Shown here: one piece after another, positions 28,897 through 42,356 of the stretch
How the letters are laid out: every line of letters begins with the position of its first letter
Position numbering within the stretch: position 1 is the first letter of the stretch
Assembly: GCA_964016885.1 (NCBI GenBank)
Contig: OZ024740.1
Span: 203,174,001-203,238,000, forward strand
Direction of reading: 5' to 3'
Length of the DNA stretch: 64,000 bases
From: Eledone cirrhosa
Taxonomy: Eukaryota
Notes under the pieces: generated by a model
Seen by the model: the letters and a program-made list of their open reading frames with translations, nothing else
Told to the model about the DNA's origin: nothing
Database searches by the model: none
Made by a program: the position numbers and the translations under genes

Positions 28897-29534
28897 TGCG
28901 TGTGTGTGTGCGCGTGTGTGTACCCATATACTCATTCATGCATCCATAAGCAGATATACACATACACAGGCATATAATCATATATATACACACAAACATT
29001 CACGTGCACATCCACGACTGATGCGTACACATACTCTCACAGAAACATATTCATATACACATACATACATACATACGCACATACATACATACATACATAC
29101 ATACATACATACATACATACATACATACATACATACATACATACATACATACATACATACATGTATGTATGTATGTATTCATGTTTTATCTCTTCTTAAT
29201 CTTGAGTTTATTTCTGACTGGCCACCTTCCAGGCGACAAGGTTGTAAACAAAATGAAAATTCCGTCGCCCCATGAACAATCCTTTTAATCAGAAGAATGT
29301 TTAACAGATCTTGAAGGTTCCAGATATTGTGGTTTATGAATAAGGAGCTGCGTCCTTTCTCCACAAATCTAAATTCAGAGACACTTTAGAGGGTTGGCAT
29401 ATATCCTGTGACGCCAATAACAAGACTGTAGTTCTACTGAGGAAATGAACTGAGGAATATTCATCTTTACAAACAAATACCATGTGTGGCTTTTTTAACA
29501 GCTATTCTTGCGTTCAGTTTTCTAATTATCTCTT

Positions 29535-29745
29535 TGTAAGGTTGTAAGTTCGAATCCCAGACGAGGCGGTGTGTTGTGTTCTTCAGCAAGACACTTTATT
29601 TCACGTTGCTCCAGTTCACTCAGCTGTAGAAATGAGTTGCGACGTTAATGGTGTCAAGCTGTATCAGCCATTGTCTTTCCCTTGGACAACATTGATGGAG
29701 TGGAGAGGGGAACCTGGCTTGTGCCTCGAAGAGGAACTTCCTAGT
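29535..29745 (+). mobile_element. tRNA-derived SINE
   Basis: B-box GTTCGAATCC followed by TGTGTTCTTCAGCAAGACACTT...CAGTTCACTCAGCTG. Confidence 0.65.
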
Positions 29746-29799
29746 TGAAAAACCAAGGCCATTTCTGGCCCAAGGGGCCTACGATGACGATGAAAAAAA

Positions 29800-29831
<32 letters not shown>

Positions 29832-29867
29832 ACCGTCATCGTATATATATAAATATATATATATATA

Positions 29868-30051
29868 TATCGAAGGAAGTGTGGTAAAAAACCAGATGGA
29901 CCATAACGCACCAGAGTACTCAATACTTAGGGTATTAGAGTGGGTAATAGGAAAATGTTCAAGACCCCGATGGCAGAGCTCAAGCCGTTTCGACGGCTAT
30001 TTCTGGACCCATAAATAGTCCAGAAATACCATCGAAACGGCTTGAGCTCTG
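29868..30051. mobile_element. Fold-back family B copy
   Basis: Palindrome 29974-30051 in (TA)n. Confidence 0.8.
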
Positions 30052-30162
30052 ATAAATATATATATATATATACGACGACGATAAATATATAAAAATGACA
30101 AACACAGAGATACAAAAGCAATTAGTGTTATTAGGTTCACACTGTAGATGAAAGAGAGAAAA

Positions 30163-30202
30163 GACGTTCAACGTATCGGACATTAGTCTATCGTCAGAAG
30201 AA
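30163..30202 (-). ncRNA. Degenerate hammerhead-like motif
   Basis: Minus strand CTGACGA-tAGACtaatGTCC-GATAC-GTT (GAAAC mutated). Confidence 0.45.
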
Positions 30203-30373
30203 TACAATAGTAGGTTGATTAGAAAATAGTTTTAAAAAATAGAAAAAAGGGGACACGTGACTGTGTGTATATTGTTATTTATTTTTGTGGGTGTATCAGC
30301 GTATATATTGGTGGAATGGTTTGTCTGTGCATACATTAAATATAAAAGAATTATATAAATATACATACACATG

Positions 30374-30465
<92 letters not shown>

Positions 30466-30499
30466 CACGGGTGTGTATGATTGTGTATAGAAGATTATA

Positions 30500-32095
30500 T
30501 TAATAAGAGGAATTCCAACTTTGTCTGATTTACTCGTTTTATTTACAATCCTTTAAAATGTATAATGGTATTATAATGAAATAGTATGATAGAATATTAA
30601 ATGTTAAGTGTTAATTGAACAAGTACTTTCATGCTTTCGCAATCTTCAGGTTCATGTGTGTGGTGACAGTCAAATTTGTAATTTTCAACTGTGCATATAT
30701 ATATATTATTATACTTGGGGAGGGTCATTTGGTGTGTGCTCGCGTTTGGGTGACTGTGTTTTGGTTATTGTATTCTATCTTAGTTTACTAGTGTGTGTTT
30801 ACATGTGTTTGTTGTTACTGTGTATATATTTATTTATTTGTTTATTTATTTATATTTCTCTTAGGTCAGTATTGTTTGTTTGGGTGTTGTTATTCCATTC
30901 ATTTTTTCTGTTTAGCTTTGGCTTTCTAAGCTCTATTTCGCTGGCCTCTCTGATTTGCCTATCTGATGGGTCATTCCTATGTTTAGATATTATTTTAATT
31001 TCTATGTTGTCTATGTTACCGTCATGTTGTTGCCTGACGTGTTCATATAGTACTGAACCGTTTTTTCGTCCTTTTAATTCTCCCCAGTGTTGGTCTATCC
31101 TTTCACCTATGCTACGAGCTGTCTCGCCTATGTATGTTGTTGTCATGTTTCTGCAAGTACCCTCTGTACATCTTATGCTATAGACTACGTTTCTAGTTTT
31201 ACAGTTTATCGGGGGGGGGGGGGGGTTTACTTTACATATAACACATTTCCTATTAGTACAGTGGGTTTTCTTAAAAGGATAAGTTTTGCTGATCAGGGAT
31301 TTTATGGTAGTTCCTGGCTTTTCTACCACTTTCATCTTTAAGTGGGTCTTTCTCGGGGCCTTTTTACACTGGTTAGCTAATTTCCCTCCAGAGGTAGCGT
31401 CCACAAACATGACACTCTGGTATCTCTGGTTGTCGTACCATGAGGTGGCTTTCCCTATCTTATGTTTAGTCCTATCTAAGCTATTCCATGATTTGTTCCT
31501 GCATAATGGGTAAATTCCTTTCATGTCCAGTTCTATGAGGGTCTTATACTTCTCCGTGGCTCCTTCGTATACTCTGATTCTGTCTCTTTGGTTGTAGCCA
31601 GAGAACTGCATGCGGTTGAGGAAGTGTTGAATGTGTCTTTCCATTTCTGTTGGGTCGCACATGCGGGACACATTCTTCATCACTCGTACCAAGTCTGCGA
31701 TCAGAATATTAAACTTAGCACTACTGGGCACTGCTGAGTTTTTGAGTATCAGGTATTTGGAGGCCATGGGTTTAGCGTAGTGTGAGTGGATAATTTGGGC
31801 CCTCTCGTCTATAGTGTTTATCCAGAGTTCCGTATCTAATACAGGTAGTCTACTGTTAAGGCGTTTGGAAGGGTAGTCGATAGTTACAGTTATACTCTGG
31901 TGTATGGAATTAGCTATCTGCTGGACGTTTTCCATTGTGCTACATTCTAAATCATATTTGTTAGTACTCTCTTGTGGGGGGGGGGGGTCCTTATTACTAT
32001 ATTAATATCGTTTATGTAACGAGAGTACATGATGAGGTCTACGGAGCTCTCATCGAGGAGATCTTTGAGTCTCCTTTCCCACCATAAAAAGGTTG
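30500..32095 (-). mobile_element. 5'-truncated Penelope-like element: RT (YIND in place of YxDD), thumb, C-terminal GIY-YIG
   Basis: ORF 30850-31935: LPVLDT, NVVYSIRC...YIGETARSIGERIDQH...RQIREA...LNRKNEWN. Upstream 'YSRYINDIN'. Minimal CTGAAGA-ttgc-GAAAG motif at ~30630-30655. Confidence 0.88.
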
Positions 32096-32903
32096 GAAGA
32101 AAAAATAAATAAATAAATAAATAAATAAATAAATAGATAAAATAAAAATGGCGTAGACATACAATACAACAGGAGGAGCATAATAGTACCACTGATGATG
32201 TTGCAGATGTGCAACGAAAGAACTTTGTTAGGCTATATATATGTGTTTATATCTATATTATATCTGTATTTTTGACTGTTGGTCAGTCAATGATAAACAT
32301 TGAGGACCAAATGAATTAACTGTGGAGATATAAAGGATACAGAAGCGAAAACCAACCAAACAGTGAGTCTGTTCTGTTATTATTTCTAGCAATATTATTA
32401 CAACAATATGACCCTCCCCAAGTATAACAATATTTGTTTCGACACACGCTTTCATATCAGAATCCTCGCAAAACAAATATATATATAATATATATACGTA
32501 TAAATGCATATGTATATATATGTATATATAATTGTGTATATATATATGTGTGTGTGTATATATATATATATATTATGTGTGTATATATATATATATGGAG
32601 TGTCTGCTGTGCGGAGACTGGGAAGAGTACCAATCAGAATAGAACACGCTGCATGAGGAGATGTGGAGAGGGTGTGTGTGCGTGTGTGCGTGTGTGCGTG
32701 CGTGCGCGCGCCCGTGTGTGTGTGTGTGCATATCTGGAATTTCGTAGGCGGAAACTCCATCATTACCACCATCATCATCATCATCATCACCACCATCATT
32801 ATCATCATCACTATTACCATCATCATAATAATAATTTAGCATTCATTTTCCCTATGCGTGTACATACATACATACATACATACATACATACATACATACA
32901 TAG

Positions 32904-32982
<79 letters not shown>

Positions 32983-33069
32983 GAGAAGAAAGAAGAATAC
33001 TTCGTGGTTGCACATGGGTTACATATGATAAAAATAGTCCTTCGTCAGTGATTTTCCAACCATCATTGG

Positions 33070-33108
<39 letters not shown>

Positions 33109-33111
<3 letters not shown>

Positions 33112-33349
33112 GGGCGGTGGAAGCATTTCTGAATTGGGGTGGAAGTGGGGCCAAATTTGGACAATTTGGTTGTAGTGATTAGTTTAGCTCTTTGCACTCA
33201 AAAATGATCAGAAAACTTCGATATGCGATAAACATAACATGTACATAAATTGTAACGCATATACAAATAGATGTGTGTTTTCGTAGTTTGCAGACAAAAT
33301 ATAATTATTGGAGGGGGGCATGTCCCCTCGCCCAGTTCCACCGCCACTG
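33109..33349. mobile_element. hAT-like MITE
   Basis: CAGGGGCGGTGGAA / TTCCACCGCCACTG inverted ends; a related end at ~41335-41349. TSD unclear. Confidence 0.6.
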
Positions 33350-33690
33350 TATAAATGTAGTTTTTTGTAAAAATGGTCTGTGCCCTTTCCTAAGGGGTTA
33401 ATGTAGAGAGCTTCTTCGCATTTGGTAGGAAACAGGTATTATACCCAATTTATTCATCTCATATATATATATACAAAAGGAAGTACAGCATAATCGAAGC
33501 TCTGGCTGCAGCTAAGCTAACGAATGCAGTCGGTATGTGCAGCTAAGCACTCAATAAGGTATTTTACCTTAGAGTTATAACATTACGTTTAGACAGCTTT
33601 GCAAATTGAAGACAGCGACCGATAAGCGAGCCACAGTGACCAAAGCAATGAAAAAAAACTGACTCAGGAAAAAAAATATATATATATGTG

Positions 33691-33756
<66 letters not shown>

Positions 33757-34132
33757 CGAGAATAGCATTTCGGGTATTGGAAAAACAACTTCCGAGATGT
33801 GTGGCAAGCGCTCCATAGAAACGAGTGAACTAGAGCAACAACATACGCTAAAAGGCAAACACACTGAGGCGATCGTTAAACCATTAAACGCAAAGCCATA
33901 GAAACGACCAAGCTATTCGGGTCAAACAAATAATAAAATATGATTGAAAATTATACCCGGACCCTCGGAAACGGTGTTAAAATCCAATATGGGGTTTCTG
34001 CAACTCCTAAATCAGGTACTGTCTACTTAAACAAATAATGTTAAGCTTTTGGTATGATGATCGAACAAGGAAGTCACTTTTTCAACAGGCATTTAGTTCT
34101 ATGCAAAGCTAAGGAACTGACCGTTATCTGAA

Positions 34133-34253
<121 letters not shown>

Positions 34254-34396
34254 GAAAACGAAAAATCAGTGATGCATCTGAACTCAATTTATTGTGCTAT
34301 AATTGTTTCGCCGGCGGACAGCTCGAGACGCGATCATTCTGTGGATCTGTTTGATTCTGGACCCGCAGGTTCGACGGACACGTCTAACGTCTGTGC

Positions 34397-34459
<63 letters not shown>

Positions 34460-34503
34460 TATATATACATATATGTGTGTGTGTGTATGTATGTGTGTGT
34501 GTA

Positions 34504-35530
34504 TACATTCATTTATTATGACTATTGGTGGACTTTGATACTCTAAAGTTTCACCTGCGCACTCAAAGGATCACCAGTCTTGTCTGGTGAGTACACAGGT
34601 GAGACTCCACAGTAACAAGGCTTATCCATAATAAATGAATAATTAAACTCTACCTCGGTATTGAGTTTTTATTCTTACGTCCGTCAATAATTCCCGTACT
34701 CTCGGTCTTGAATAATCGTCCCCACCCGCGCTTATTAATTTGTCAGATTTTTTTCAACCTCCACCCCGAATTTTTATTCCCACCCGCTTATAAAATTTTG
34801 CGAATCTATCTCCCGCGAAATGTTATTGTAAGTGATTCATATTGATACAACAGCTGGAAAATCTAATAATTATTTTATTTTACATTTAAAAAAACATTAT
34901 ATATGACAAAAGAACATTACAAGAAATCCCATATTTACGAACGTACACTATACAATTACTGATTTCCCAAGCCTTCCTCCTCCCCCCATTATTGCTATCC
35001 TCCTATTATTTGGGACCCGAGAGTTCCACCAAACTCTCCTCCTCTTTATGTCTATCACACAAAACTCTCTTTTAATCCCCCTCTCTGTATTTACTAAAAC
35101 CAAACTCTACCCCTCTCTATATATACCACAACACTGCCTCTCTTATCCCACTCTCTATATCTCAGACTAATACATTCTCTCACTCTCTATAAATATCTAC
35201 ACTTATCTCTCCCAATCCCCCTCTGTTTATCAATCACCCCTAAACTCTCCCTCTCTCTATAATAACTACAAGGCACTCTCCCATTATCCCTCTCTGTATA
35301 TCTACAACCATCAAATTCTCCCCCTCTCTATATCTACTACACGGAACTCTCTTCCAATCCCTTCTCTATTTCAATTAACACCAAACACTTCCCTCGCTAT
35401 ATCTAGTACAAGGTACTCTCTTCCAATACCCCTCTATATATATCAGTAAACAGCAATCTCTCGCCTTCTCTATATTTAATAGACAACACACTCCCCCACC
35501 CCCCACCCCACCCACCCCTATATCAATTAC
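34504..35530 (+). repeat. Composite unit (short repeat + MITE + CT-rich degenerate satellite), duplicated at 49241-50230
   Basis: ACATTCATTTATTATG... to ...TTGGGACCCGAGAGT is collinear at both loci. MITE 34697-35023 with ACTCTCGG / CCGAGAGT ends. Confidence 0.85.
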
Positions 35531-35539
35531 CACTTGATA

Positions 35540-36760
35540 TAAACGTGAATTACTTCGCTCCGGATTTTTACGGATTATTGTCAAAAGAACTGTGAGTTCA
35601 TTGCTCAATTTAATAGCATTGTTTAGTTTAACCCCTTGCCTGGGCCTTCAGACGTTGAGTCAACTAATTTTCGCCCCTTTCTGGGGCTAAATTTTCATTT
35701 TCATCTCAAAACTGTGTACACTTGGTAGTCAACAATGGATGCCATTTCAACCTCGCACACTGTCGTGAGTGCCACGTTCACTGAGAAAAGTGGTGGAGGG
35801 AAGGTAGGAGTACAAAGCTTGCAGCCTTCCCCCCTCGCATTATCGAAAAACGTTGAAAATATTGAAACCACGAAACCAAACCCGGTAAATAATACCAGCA
35901 CAACAACAAGAACAATGACAATAACACCACAACCAACAACTGCAACAATAGCAACACCAAGGAAAACATGAACAATATTACCAACAGTGACAACAACAGC
36001 AGCAACAAAAAAGACAACACCAAAACAACGTTCGCACAGACTGTAAAAAAAACGAACTATACACGCCAATTGACATAACAAATGCTAAACAAATACTACA
36101 AGACGCAAAACAATTCGTACCTTTTGGCGAAAACGGTGCTTTTAGCATCAATTCTCCACAGGAATTACGTAGAGAGGCTGTCCTGAAAACTGTGGTTTTC
36201 AGGACAATATCGAACGAAACAAGAAAACCAGCTCAATTATCACAAAATGAAATTATACTGGTTCTAAAAGATGCAATGAAGGACATAACCTTCATACGAA
36301 AAGGTAAACTGTTTGGTAGCATTTCGGTGCTAATGAATAACCAGTCAACAGCACAAAAATACTCGGTATCACCCATTGTTTCACCCGCTTCACCTTTTTC
36401 CCCACATACAGGAGAAAAAGGACAAAGAATAAAAATTATGAGTATCACACCAAATGTAAATATTTGGTGGATACTATGTGGAATCATTGACTTTGATGAA
36501 GACAGGATAATTTCAATATGAAAGTCCTCCGGAGGTGTATTTGGTGGGACCAGCGTAGAAGTTCTGGTGCGAATGAGCCCAGAACGAATAGCGAATATCC
36601 CACAACGCGTGCCTCTGGACGGGCTAACTTATATAAACATTTCAGTGGAGGGAAGGCAGCCGTCATGTTACCACTGTTTAAACAGGGGTCACCTGAGGGC
36701 TGCCTGTCCTCAATTAACGAGTAAAAAAAAGGCTCTTCTGCCAACCCCGAACACAACAAC

Positions 36761-36808
<48 letters not shown>

Positions 36809-39800
36809 CGGAAGAGGACTCCGTATCAACGTCACCCAGTGACGACGAGGGAGAACCCTTTCAACAGGTGAAAAGGAAAAAAAAGGCACCACATTAACAA
36901 AACTGCTACAAACACAACCACCAGCACAAACAGAACAAACATCACAAACAAAAAACCCACCCCTCCTCAAAACATAACACATACTACAAAACGCAAACAC
37001 GCACAAGAACAACAAACAAAAACAAACACAACACAACAAAAACTCTATACATACATTAACAAGAACAATAAAACTTTGATGAAAGCAATAGAAAATAACC
37101 CTTCGGTGGAAACCGAAGGGATCACTTTCACCTACGCAGCGAACAAACCGCACCTAATGATGATTAGGGTCCCAACGGAAACCTATATAACTTTGAAAAA
37201 GAACCATCCAATGCATGTGGGGACCAGCTGCACCAAACCACTTAACAGCGTCCTATTGAGATGTTTCCCCACCCCCACACCAGACACCCACACCCCACCA
37301 AACACCCTAATCCCACCACAAACCACCACCCCACCAGACAACCCTTCCAACACCCCCATGGAAATTGTGCAACCTGGTCCCCAGGAGACGAAGAGGTAAG
37401 TAATTTCCTTTCCTCTTCCTTTTAACTCTTCAGCACCAGCATGGCCAATATAAGAGTTGGATGTGTGAATGTACGCGGCCTGGGGATGTCCTGGAAACAG
37501 GGCAAACTCTTAAATGATCTCAGGTCGCACAGAGTGGATGTAATGGTTATTTGCGAGTCCAGGATCAGCAGCGAGCGCCAACTGGCCCCCATCTTCGACG
37601 ACTTTGAGATCTACGCATCTCTCTGTCAGCCGAGGGGTGGGGGTGGGGTTGTCGTTCTGCTGCGAAAATACCTGGGTCTTGCCACACAGAAGGTACACCT
37701 GGACCCGGAGGGTCGACTGGTGGTTTTAGACGTCGGCAGTAGTGAAGGTGGAGCTTTCAGGCTGGTGGCAGCGTATGCCCCATCTGGGACACCGCGACCG
37801 GACTTCTTCCGACGCCTGGAGAATTTCCTGGGAACGTCTCGCTCCTTGCTTTTAGTGGGGGACTGGAATGGTATCCTGGATGCACGTTGGGACTATGTAG
37901 GGGCATGTTCCGATAGAGGGGGGTGTAACAGCCTCAAACGATTAATCGGCCGATTTGATCTGGCCGATAGATATCGACTAGATTTTCCGACTGTGCCACT
38001 GTGGACGTGAACTAATGGCAGCGGAACATCTAGGTCGTACTTAGATAGGTTCCTAGTTAGAAATAAGAATAGGGACATATTAAGCTGTCCACGAATGTTC
38101 ATGGTTGACTATTCGGATCACAAATTGGTGACCGGAGTGGTCAACCTTGATAGAACTCATAAACAGGGACCCGGTTACTGGAAGCTAAACTTGTCTTTAC
38201 CGACAAACAAAGCTTACAGTAAGCGGATTAGCGCACTAGTTAAGCAGTGGTTGACGGGGGCAATTGTCAACAGCTGGTGGAGGGGCTCTCTCAAGAGAGA
38301 AATTAGAATATAATCGATAGGTTTTAGTCAGGAATTAGCATCAGATAGGAATAGAACTGAAAGGGAATTAATAGATAGAGTAGAAGAGGCGATTAGGAGT
38401 GGCAACGTGGCCGGCGTGCTGGCGTCAAGAACGGCCCTAGACCAGTTCTTTGATGCGAAGCACGAGGGCTGCGTTGTCAGGAGTAAAATACGTGCTCTGG
38501 GTAACGAGGGAGCCAAAGCTGTTAGCTGGGCCCGAGTGACAGAGGCAAAAAGTGGAAACAAATCCACGATTCGGTTTTTGAAGGACCAGGATGGACGCGT
38601 GATCCTTGAACCTGAGCGGATGAGTGCGGCCTTTCAACGGCCCTTTGCACGACTGTTGGGGTGGGCGGCGGGCCGGGTGTGGCCATGGATTTCGGCCATA
38701 CCTCGACGGTCTGGCGCGGCTCTCGGACGGGGAGGCGAAGTCCTGCGAGAGGCCGATTTCAGCCGCTGAAATAGGGGAAGCGCTGAGCAAATGTGGAAAA
38801 AGCAAATCTCCGGGTCTCGATAGTCTACCATACAAACTTTATGTAGCGATGCCGGGCTTGTTCTCCGGTCTCCTCGAGGCGGTCTACTGCAACTGGCAAC
38901 AGAACGGGAGAATTCCCAGTTCTGTGACCAAGGGCGTAGTCACGCTGGTGAGGAAGGACGAGAACAAGGGGGATGACATAGATAACTTCAGGCCCATAAC
39001 TCTGCTAAACACAGAGTTAAAGATTTTGGCCAAAGTGTTAGCGAAGAGGTTGGCGCTTGTCGTCGGGAACCTGGTGGGAGAAGCGCAGATATGCGCAATC
39101 CCGTCCAGGTCCATACACGACAACCTCCACCTCATGCGATACATCGTAGAGAGGGTAGGGAACGAACCCGGCTTTGGTGGGACCCTGATCAACTTGAATC
39201 AATCTAAGGCATTCGATAGGGTTGACCATCGGTACCTGGATGCGGTGCTCGCGGCGGCAGGCTTCGGACCCGTTTTCAGGGGCTGGATTGCTGCAATGCA
39301 CAGCAGCAACACCTGCTCGAGGGTCAAGGTGAACGGCTACCTCTCGGAGCCGTTCCAAATCACGCGACCCATCCGACAGGGATGCCCTCTCTCCTACCTC
39401 CTGTATGTGCTGTTGCAGGGCATCCCCTTGGAACCGGGATTGCGGAAAGCGGTGTCGGCCTACGCCGATGACGTGACAGTAATGGTGTCGTGCGCCTCGG
39501 AAATCGGACAGATCGGCACCTTACTGGAGGAATATGAAAGGTTCACAGGAGCCAAGCTGAACCGGAACAAGTCCGTCGGTTTGCAACTCGGGACGTGGAG
39601 GGGCAAAACGATGCCCTCCGACGGCATCGTCGGACGCTGGACGGAGGGACCGGTGAAGCTGCTCGATGTCTGGTTCGGACCGGACCTCCAGGTGGAGAAA
39701 AACTGGGACGATGTAACGGGCAAGGTGTTTGCACTCGCCCAGAAGTGGGCTGAGTGCAAACTATCCCTGAAAGTTCGAGCGGAGGTGGCGAACGCTTATA

Positions 39801-41095
39801 TAGCGTCCGTCATCTACTACCGCTTGACCGTCGTGCCTTGCCCAGAGAAAACACTCGCCAAAATGGAGCGCGCGCTCTTCCGATTTCTTTGGAAGAAGCG
39901 GGCTCCTTTGGTGAGAAGATCCATCTGCTCTCAACACCCTTCGAACGGAGGGCTGGAGATGCCGTGGCTGACGATGCGTAGACACGCATTAAGGCTACGG
40001 CACCTCCAGGTATTCCTCACCGGTCAGCCGGTGTGGGCCCTGTTTGTGAGGCGAGCCTTTCCGAGACTCGTCTCACTCACCGTGCTGCAATCCTGGGTCA
40101 AGCAAAGACCGAGAAAAGTGGGCGACTGGCACATTGAATGTGCCCAGGCGCTCACGGCCCTCTGGCAAGCGGATCCGGCAATCAGTGGAGACTCAACCTC
40201 AACATTCTATAGAGGGTTGGTGCGCAGTAAGTGCGACGACGCTCTCGGAGAGGCTCTGGGCATGGAGGAAGATGAGCTGGCCAGTCTGTTCGGTAGGACG
40301 TTTGGCCCGGGACCGATGGACAACTTCCAAAAGTCCCTGGCTTGGCAATGTTACCGAGGAGCTCTACCCGTTCGGGACAAGCTCTACAGACACGGGCGCC
40401 CAGGTAGGGACCCCTCGAAGAAGATCTGTCCGAGATGCGTGCGTGACGAGGAAACCGTCGCACACGCATTCGTACACTGCCCGGGCGTTGTTGACCTGTG
40501 GGGCTATGTGGAACGACTACTGTCGCGGGTGGGACCAATCCGGTTGACCACCAAGAACATTGTCACGATCAAACCGCCTCCCCCTTTCAAAAATGAAGGA
40601 GAGGCGGTTTTCCTCTGTGTGATAGCTATGGCGAAAGAAGTTGTATGGTGGACAAGGTTGAAAGGGCTAAGGTCAGACACCTTTCTCTCCGGCCAACAAC
40701 TGGTCTTTTTTTTCAAGTACCACTTTAGAAAGAAGGATCAGAATGGAGAGAGAGGTGCTCTACCCCAGCAAGTTTTATGAAAGGGGGTGAAAGTAGCGAG
40801 AATGGCCCGAGTGAATGGGCCTTCTCTCTATATCAGCATGTAGGTGAGAGAGGAGAAGAATGAGAAGAGGAAGGAAGCACCCGCTCTTTGTGCTCCTGAA
40901 GAGGAGGGTTGTACATTTTTTCGGGGGAGTGTGCGACCCATGTCAACGCCCCTCCCTATTGAGGACATCGATTGTTAAATTTAATTTGTTATATGTTTTT
41001 ACACGTCTTTTTAAATGTATGTAAACTCCCCCCTTTGTATTTGTCTCAATCTTTGATGCCCTGGTGGCAAATAAATAGAAATTTATATCTATCAT
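35540..41095 (+). mobile_element. Near full-length Tx1/L1-clade LINE (copy A), pseudogenised
   Basis: ORF1 with CCHC knuckle CYHCLNRGHLRAAC. ORF2 37441-40843: NVRGL, GDWN, YLDR, GYWKLN, FRPITLLN, KAFDRV, RQGCPLS, YADD, CPRC..HAFVHC. AATAAA then TCTA tail. Confidence 0.93.
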
Positions 41096-41374
41096 ATAAC
41101 ACTCTCTCTCATTCCTTCTCACTCCATCACTATCAATCTCTCCCCCTCTCTATAGCTATCAATACCTATCTCTATCAATCCTCTCATTTTATTCACTACC
41201 CCAAACTCTCCCCCTCTCTATATCAACCATACAGCATCCTTTACCAACCCTCCCTCTATAGATGTGTGTGTTTTGGAAGTTTGGGGAGAAAAACTATTAG
41301 GGGAGGGGGGCACCCCCCCCCTTCTCGTCGCCTAGTTCCACCGCCCCTGATACATATATATATATACATACATG

Positions 41375-41850
41375 ATGGCCGCAAACACATATATGAGGAT
41401 TGCCATTGCCTGATAAAATGCTCAAAAACGTGAGGCACGAATGTGGCTCTTCAAACCAGCCAAAGACTTGCACCTTCTGGCACATACATGGCAACTGTAG
41501 TTTCAAAGTGATCACTTCCTAACTTGATAAAACGTCTCCGCTTCACACGCTCCTGAACCATTTTCTCCCATTTGTCAGATGAAATTCCAGCGCAAGCCGG
41601 TACCGCATTTTTGGTTTGTGTGGTGATCACCCACATTCGCAAAGTTCTCCGTAGAAAAGTTGCTTTGGAATACGACCATCAGACATCCGCACCACGTGAC
41701 CGCACCACCTCAAGCGATGCCGAAAGATCATGCTCTCTATACACACGCACCTGCTCCGTTCGAGAACTTCCAAATCGCTGACGAACATTTTCCATCGTAC
41801 ATACATACATGATGGCTGCCCCCTCGTTATCGAGTCTGGCCATTGCACGA
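41375..41850 (-). pseudogene. RTE LINE 3' fragment
   Basis: RLRWCGHVVRMSDGRIPKQLFYGEL. Confidence 0.8.
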
Positions 41851-42356
41851 TATACCATTATTAATAATTATTAATTAATTCTATCGTGCAATGCCTGTGC
41901 GTGAAGATATTTTTTAAAGTGAGGAAAGACGGTGCACTGAGCCAATCCCACTCTCTGAGCGACCCAAAAAGAAGAAAAGATCAACATCATCGGTAACTAC
42001 TGAGCCGCAGGTTTTATATCGGAGTTATCCCAGTTTCCTGAGTTGCCTTCTCCTAGAAGAATGCCCTGACAAAGGCTAGGGGTCCTTCACTCCCAGTGGT
42101 TTAACCGCGCGATCGGGTGTCCAGCACGACTATTTCTATGTCCCCGCGCATATACATACACCCATGCATATACACATATACATACATATGTACATGTGCA
42201 TATACATATACATATTTACACACCTTTGGATGGCCGTTGGCTCTTACGAGTTCTTCCGCCCTTTGTCATACATACATACATACATACATACATACATACA
42301 TACATACATACATACATACATACATACATACATACATACATACATACATACATACA

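Noticed and set aside
35500-35700. U2, 5S or tRNA gene as the Tx1 target
   Set aside because: No recognisable snRNA, rRNA or tRNA sequence at the junctions.
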